64,000 nucleotides of DNA. Source: Marsupella aquatica (Eukaryota > Plantae > Marchantiophyta). A program made the translations under genes and the position numbers. The notes under the pieces were generated by a model. The model was not told the origin of the DNA. It was given only the letters and a program-made list of their open reading frames with translations, and did no database searches. Positions 58,112-64,000 of the stretch are shown here, one piece after another (position 1 is the stretch's first letter; the number at the start of each line of letters is the position of its first letter). Location: NCBI GenBank assembly GCA_973895155.1, contig OZ316893.1, positions 4,012,490 through 4,076,489 of the forward strand, in the 5' to 3' direction.

Positions 58112-59982
58112 TGTTGCGCTAGAAGTCACTCAGGGAAAGAGCTTTGTCTAGACTCTGGTTTTACTCCGGAATCTTTCTTCACATTTGATGAGGGAGGAAC
58201 AGGCACAACCCTCATTGGCCAATGTATTTTGGGCATTTGATTTCCACATTCTAACCTGGAAGATGGATGGCAACTAGTAATTCAAAAAGAAACAATTTTG
58301 TCACAAATATCACAATTCTACCCAAAAGATCTTGCTACTGGGATTATTAATCTCCAGATTTAACTGTCTGAAAATGTAAAGAAGATTGGCAATTCATCAT
58401 CTACTAGCCCGACTACCTGTCCTTTGAACATGAATAGAGGTGAGCTATGGGAGCACTACACACAGCAACTCCAAAAACATGGTGAAGGAGCGCAGCATAC
58501 AGTGGCATTGCATGACTACAGTGCATTTTCAAAACCTTCACCTTAAACCCAATTTGCATTTTCAAACACACTTTTCTCACCATGCACACCCACAGCATCC
58601 CCAACTTAAGTGACTTCCTTAGAATTATAGTCTACAGGCTTCAGTCTAGATCCTGACCCTGGAAAGTAGTTAGCTTACTAATAAAGACTATCAAAACCCT
58701 ATCTAGAGTTAGACCCTAACCCACAAAGATAGCTTACTAATAAAAACTATAAAATCACTATTTAGGGCTACTATCTAAAGTGAAGTGTCTAGACACTCAA
58801 ACTGAATAAGTGAAACTGCCTACAAATGAACAGGGAAGGTGTGAGGCAAAGCTGAACAGGAAACGATCAGTAATCATTCATTGGTGCATTTGTTTTCTCT
58901 CTCATCTCGATTTACGTTCGAGTAACCATGCTAGTGTTTCAACAGTCTTTGTGACAAAATGTCACGACCTGACCTCATTCTCAGATTTATAAACAAAAAT
59001 CTATACTACTGTAGCGTCCCGTAATATGTAACTTCTGCATGCTTACCACTTGTGAAAGGGAATAGCATCATTCTGCTGACTGCAAGTCATAAGTCACCAC
59101 GACACTAATTACTGTCACAGAATCTCCTCCGTTCCACCTCTGACAATCGTCAGACCCGGCAATGTAAGGGTTGCACAATGCACATAGTTAAAATCGGACA
59201 GGACCAGAGGTACTAAATCCCCCCGTACTGTACCAAATTACCAAAGTCCTGAACGACGCCGACAACATATCTCGTCTGAACATTCAAAAAATTAATTAGC
59301 TTTCCAGTCCTGACTCTAATAAACTCACACGGGTGTTTCATCTCTTCTTCTTCTTGTTTCCGTCAATGTTATCTCTTCATTGTTATTATGATCGGTCAAC
59401 ACCGATGGACACATGGTGAACTGGAAGGCCTGAAGTACATTCCACGCGGGTGCCGTCTAGTGGACAGTGGATTGTGACTTGCTGTTCTATCAGCGCGTGT
59501 CCAATGAACTGACCGAATATGACGCCAAGCCCAACCCGCCGACCTCCCTGCTTACCCGTTACCCTCGTTGCCTGCCGGTGTCCCGGTAATCTGTCAGGCC
59601 TGAAGTGGCAGGAGTGCTCTACCGGCTTGTTACCAGTCACGGCAGTCGGCATCGTGTGATAAGGAACGCGGCGGCGGGCATGACTGTCCGATCGTCTACT
59701 ACCCTCACCTAGCTCTAAGAGTTGCGTTTGAAAACCAACGCCCATCATTTTCATTATTCTTGGAAAACTCATCTTACTTTATAAAGAGCTTTTCCCCAAT
59801 CTGCTCCACAATTCAAAATTATTAGCTTGCCCCCAACAAAATTTAATTATCAACGTGTCTTCCATTTCGCATATGAGTGATCGTCAACTTAACCATTTTT
59901 CAATATTTTTATTCTCATTGGACAGGTTACAAAATTTGGGTAGTCTGAGGACACAGGAGAGCAAAAAACTATATTTATAAAT

Positions 59983-60108
59983 TTGGATGAGAAGTTAAAG
60001 TTGGGGTCTAGGCTTCGAAAGTGAACCCTCTAGTAGATAGTGATCTTGGATGAGAAGTTAAAGTTGGAGTCTAGGCTTTTAGAGTGAACCCTCTTGGAGA
60101 TAGTGATC
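59983..60108 (+). repeat. 63-bp tandem duplication
   Basis: TTGGATGAGAAGTTAAAGTTGG...GTGAACCCTCT...GATAGTGATC twice. Confidence 0.9.
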
Positions 60109-63100
60109 AAAAAGTAGAGTTAAGGGCTGGGCGAGTGAAGCCTTCGTGACCACTAGAATTATGTGGATGGAAATAACAAGATGCTATGAATAGGATAATG
60201 TCCTGGTTAGAGGGCATTGTAGGATATAATACCTTGAAAATTGAGTGCAGTAGCCCGAGTTTTGAGGGCATTATTTTCATAATGCCCATAACTAGGACAT
60301 TAATGTACGTAAAAACTTGAGTGAATTTTTCGTAACAAACAAGAAAAAGTGAATCCATAAAATAGAAAATTCAAATTAAAGGGTCATCCAAGAAGTGGTT
60401 GCTATGGAATTGGCCAAAAATATACATTCTTTAGTTATAGAGATTTTGTTAGTATCACCATATAAGATTTGGTTATCATCTTGAGATGTTGACTAAATTT
60501 AATTATTATTTTTTGTATGGTAAAACTATATTTAATTTTTACTTTTACTATATTTATGGTGTTTTGTATAATCCCCTCCTCCAAAAAGGGGTGCATTGTG
60601 GAGAATTAATGCACTCAAATATACAAAGAGAAAGTCACGAAAGTCTTTACGCATATTTTCTTTAGGTATATCAAAATGATTATGGTGCTTGATAAACTTA
60701 ACATTAAGTTTCGGGCTGGTCTTTAAAAGAAAAAAAAACTTAACATTATTTCTATTTGTAATCTAAGAATGAGTGTTTGTAATCCCTTGGGTCCCACTCT
60801 CAGATGCTACTTGCATGCTGGTTTCTATCTAAGGGATTACAAGGTGAGCTCTAAATTTGATCTCCAAATTCTTTAATTGTAAGAGATTTTTGTTTGCAAA
60901 GGACTGTGATGAACTGCACTTGGACTGGATCTCACTGTCCACAATGAAAGATTGTTTCAGCTCGGCTAGGCTCACAGGAACAATTGAATTCTAGCAAATT
61001 TGCACTTGTGTGGATCAGTGCACCATATGTAGCTTTTGGGAATATGAAGATTTGCATCCTCATGTAGTTTACCTTATGTGCTTGATGGAGAGCTCAGGAT
61101 AATTGGCAACATTCATGGGATGGCGGGACCCAAGATATGAGTTTAGGAGGAACGCTTGCCCATAATTATTTTCTCTTTTGTTGTGGGTTGCAACCATCAT
61201 TTTTTCCATTATGCACAGAGTTTTTTTTGGGTCTGGAAGGGACAGATGGACAACCATGTTGGACTAACAGCCCGGAGACCAGAACAACTAGAATGTTCCA
61301 AAAGAGGGATTGATGGGACCAATGACATGTCTGGCGTGATAAGACATGACTCTGATAAGGATTTGATGGGGCTGGTGTTGATGCGGTTGCTTTAGGTTAA
61401 CAATGAACTACTAACCATGAGTCCTTAACCACAGAGGGCAGAGCAGCAGTGTTATAAAAACAATGTCACAGAGTCCATCCTGTTTATTAAGGGTTTAGTG
61501 CACACCAAAAGCAGAGGGGGAGGCTATGTTGCCCATCTACATGATTAGATTGAAGGCAAGCCTTTTTGACCAGATGGAACATTCCCCTTAATTAAATTGA
61601 GTAGTTGATTAAGATGGTGATCATTAGGGATAGAGTTGTTTTCTTCAGCAAGCTTTTCTTTAACCTAATTATAGCTATTATGGTGCAAAGGACATATTTG
61701 AGTTTTAGTGAATTGAATATGTAAAAAATACACCAAGGAGGCCTGAGAGTCTGCAAAGTCAGGAGAACCCAACCGGCCAACAAGCCCAACTGGCGCAAAA
61801 GCTATCCGCAAAAGCAAAATCCCACTGAATGGGATGTAGCCTAGAATGTTCATCCCGGGACTTGCTTAGTATTTACCTTGTAGAACTTCGTGAACTCCAG
61901 AAGCAACAACAGATTAGTTTTAGTGGAAAAAGAGCCAAATTTCACCTCCATGAGCATCATTCTCCAGGTTTGCCTAAGACTAATATAGCTGGTCCTTTCT
62001 AAGATAAAAGAAAAACCCGGATGGACTGAGACGTTGTCCCTACCCATCCCCATGGACTGCATAAAGCAATAGTCACATTTACACCCTAAAGAAAAATGAA
62101 CCCATCACTGATCGCAGTTGATGATTATGACTACCTTGGAAAGAAAGTAGTAAAGATTTCATGGTGGATCATCATAGTCAAGTTACCAAAGAAACCAGAT
62201 TGATAATGTAATTGAAACCTACTGTAATCCATAAGGGATAGTTTACAATGCTTCCTAGACAAAGTGGAGCTTCTCAGATATACTGTAGTTATTTGAACTC
62301 ATTCACTACAAGGACTATTATATCTTATTTTATTTTATTTATTAAAAGTGATGATTAATTTAACCAATTCATGAAACAAAAGCTATTCTACGATATTGAA
62401 ATAATTAAATGGAAACGTAAATGGAGAAAATAAAATATTTTTAATGGTAAAAAGATACACAATAGATTTGATTGGAAGGTATAATATTCTGGTTTTAAAA
62501 AAGTACGTTAACTTGAGTGTACCTTCATAATTTTTGGTTCCATTCTAAGAGATTCTCTATTCGAGTGACACCCACAAGGATCGGAAATCTTTTAAGCAAA
62601 GGAGACATAAGCTACAGTAGATGGATTGATTGGATTTGAGATGTATGCTTGAGGAGGTAAAAGCAATCCTTCTCATGTGAATGGAAGAGAACTCCCTTAC
62701 AAATATCTAGATAAGAAAATAAGGTAAGTTATCTCACAATCAAAAAGTGGATACAAGAACTAACACACCTAATAAAAAAATAAGGAATTAAAGAAATTAA
62801 TGGGGTTGGAATAAATTGAAGAATTAAAAATATCACAAAAGCATACACATTGCCTAGTAAGAACAGATGCACATGAAGGTATTAGGTATATAACAAACAA
62901 TTCCAATAAGACAAAATAGCAAGAAGGGGTCCCCACCATGTGGCAGAGTGAAAAGAATCTTTGATTACCCAGTTTTCCATCTAGTCACAGATCCCCATCT
63001 AGTCACAGATCCCATTAGCTAGAATCTCACACTTATTTTAGTCCAGGAAAATTAGATAAGACATATTTTAAGTATTTTCACACAAGGTGACATCCCCAAG

Positions 63101-63366
63101 GAAAGGAAACGGAGAAGCCTTCAAAGTTTACCGGAATGGGTCCTGACGACAAGTTGGAATCTGACATCCGGAACACATAACAGAAATTAATCAAGAGACG
63201 ACCATCCTGCTACAGTAGCGAACGAACAACAACAGTACCCATTTGACGGAGGATGCTCATTGCTCCATTGCTGTACCGTAACACTACGGTAGTCTGCACG
63301 AGATTTTCGAAACTGACAGCTAGCCTTCGTCACGGGTGCGAGTGAGCCAATCTCGACGGCGGTGCG

Positions 63367-63404
63367 ACCTTTCCTTTCCTTTCCTTTCCTTTCCTTTCCT
63401 TTCC
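63367..63404 (+). repeat. (TTTCC)n microsatellite in a CpG-rich, promoter/5'UTR-like block
   Basis: About seven CCTTT units. Confidence 0.8.
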
Positions 63405-64000
63405 TCGTCTAGACCAATCGACTGCGACTCCCGTTTCTCGAGGGAGGAAATGAAAGCTGCACCCCAAAATGAGAATCCCCTCTCATCGGACATCACAAGA
63501 TCACATCGTCGTTCCAGTTCATCGACGGAGATGACGGCGTACTGAACCCTTTCGACTAGATACGAGAACATCTTTCTCGATGTTCGGCTACTTTTTTGAT
63601 AGAGGGCACTTTTCTGGACAGTCTAGAACATTCGAGCATTCTGAGAACGATATGGAACTGGGGTATGGTGAGGACGATCAGGTTCGCTCGGAAATAAATT
63701 TAGAAAAATCCAGTGATTGTTTGTGAAATTGGAGAAGCATGGACGGACTTGAAGGTTGTCTCCCATATCCCCATGTACTATGACACATAAACTAAGCATT
63801 TTACACCTAATGATGAAAAAATTTAGAAAATGCCCGTGACCAAAGGGGTTTGGTCACAAAAGCTGAACTACTCTTTATAATTTGTGACCGATTAGTTATT
63901 GTCACCAATACACATGAATGTTTCATTAGTATAGTGATCACTCTCGCAAGGGGGAGGTCTCAGGTTCAAAACTCGGGTCCTGAAATGCTTTGACCCGAAT

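Noticed and set aside
63925-63985. tRNA/SINE-like head (GGTTCAAAAC)
   Set aside because: Weak boxes, no cloverleaf, truncated by the window end.

Overview
Eukaryotic, land-plant genomic DNA: GT-AG introns, TTTAGGG repeats and plant transposon families. A bryophyte or other seed-free plant is my guess, not established. The window has four parts. (1) At 1-14.4 kb, two tandem intron-rich genes missed by the ORF track together encode three highly divergent TALE-class homeodomains, each built around an identically placed 91-bp exon. The first gene has two homeodomains. (2) An RT-less LINE with a 14-bp TSD follows. (3) A nested TE block at 20.2-41.5 kb has at its core a complete 15.9-kb CACTA/EnSpm element (22041-37922). 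It carries decayed TnpD/TnpA genes plus a co-oriented cargo array: an EDM2-type composite PHD finger with a histone-H3-like N-terminus, two Pol-lambda-like BRCT ORFs, an F-box ORF and a Cys/His-rich ORF. Most of these ORFs sit just behind their own 3' splice site. (4) The rest holds a gag-only Copia derivative, a tRNA-derived SINE, MITEs and an intact KMD/KFB-type F-box-kelch gene. The strongest candidate for an undescribed system is the CACTA cargo cassette (possible TE-encoded chromatin-reader/anti-silencing module), followed by the degenerate TALE cluster. All family assignments are by-eye motif comparisons from memory; no searches were run.
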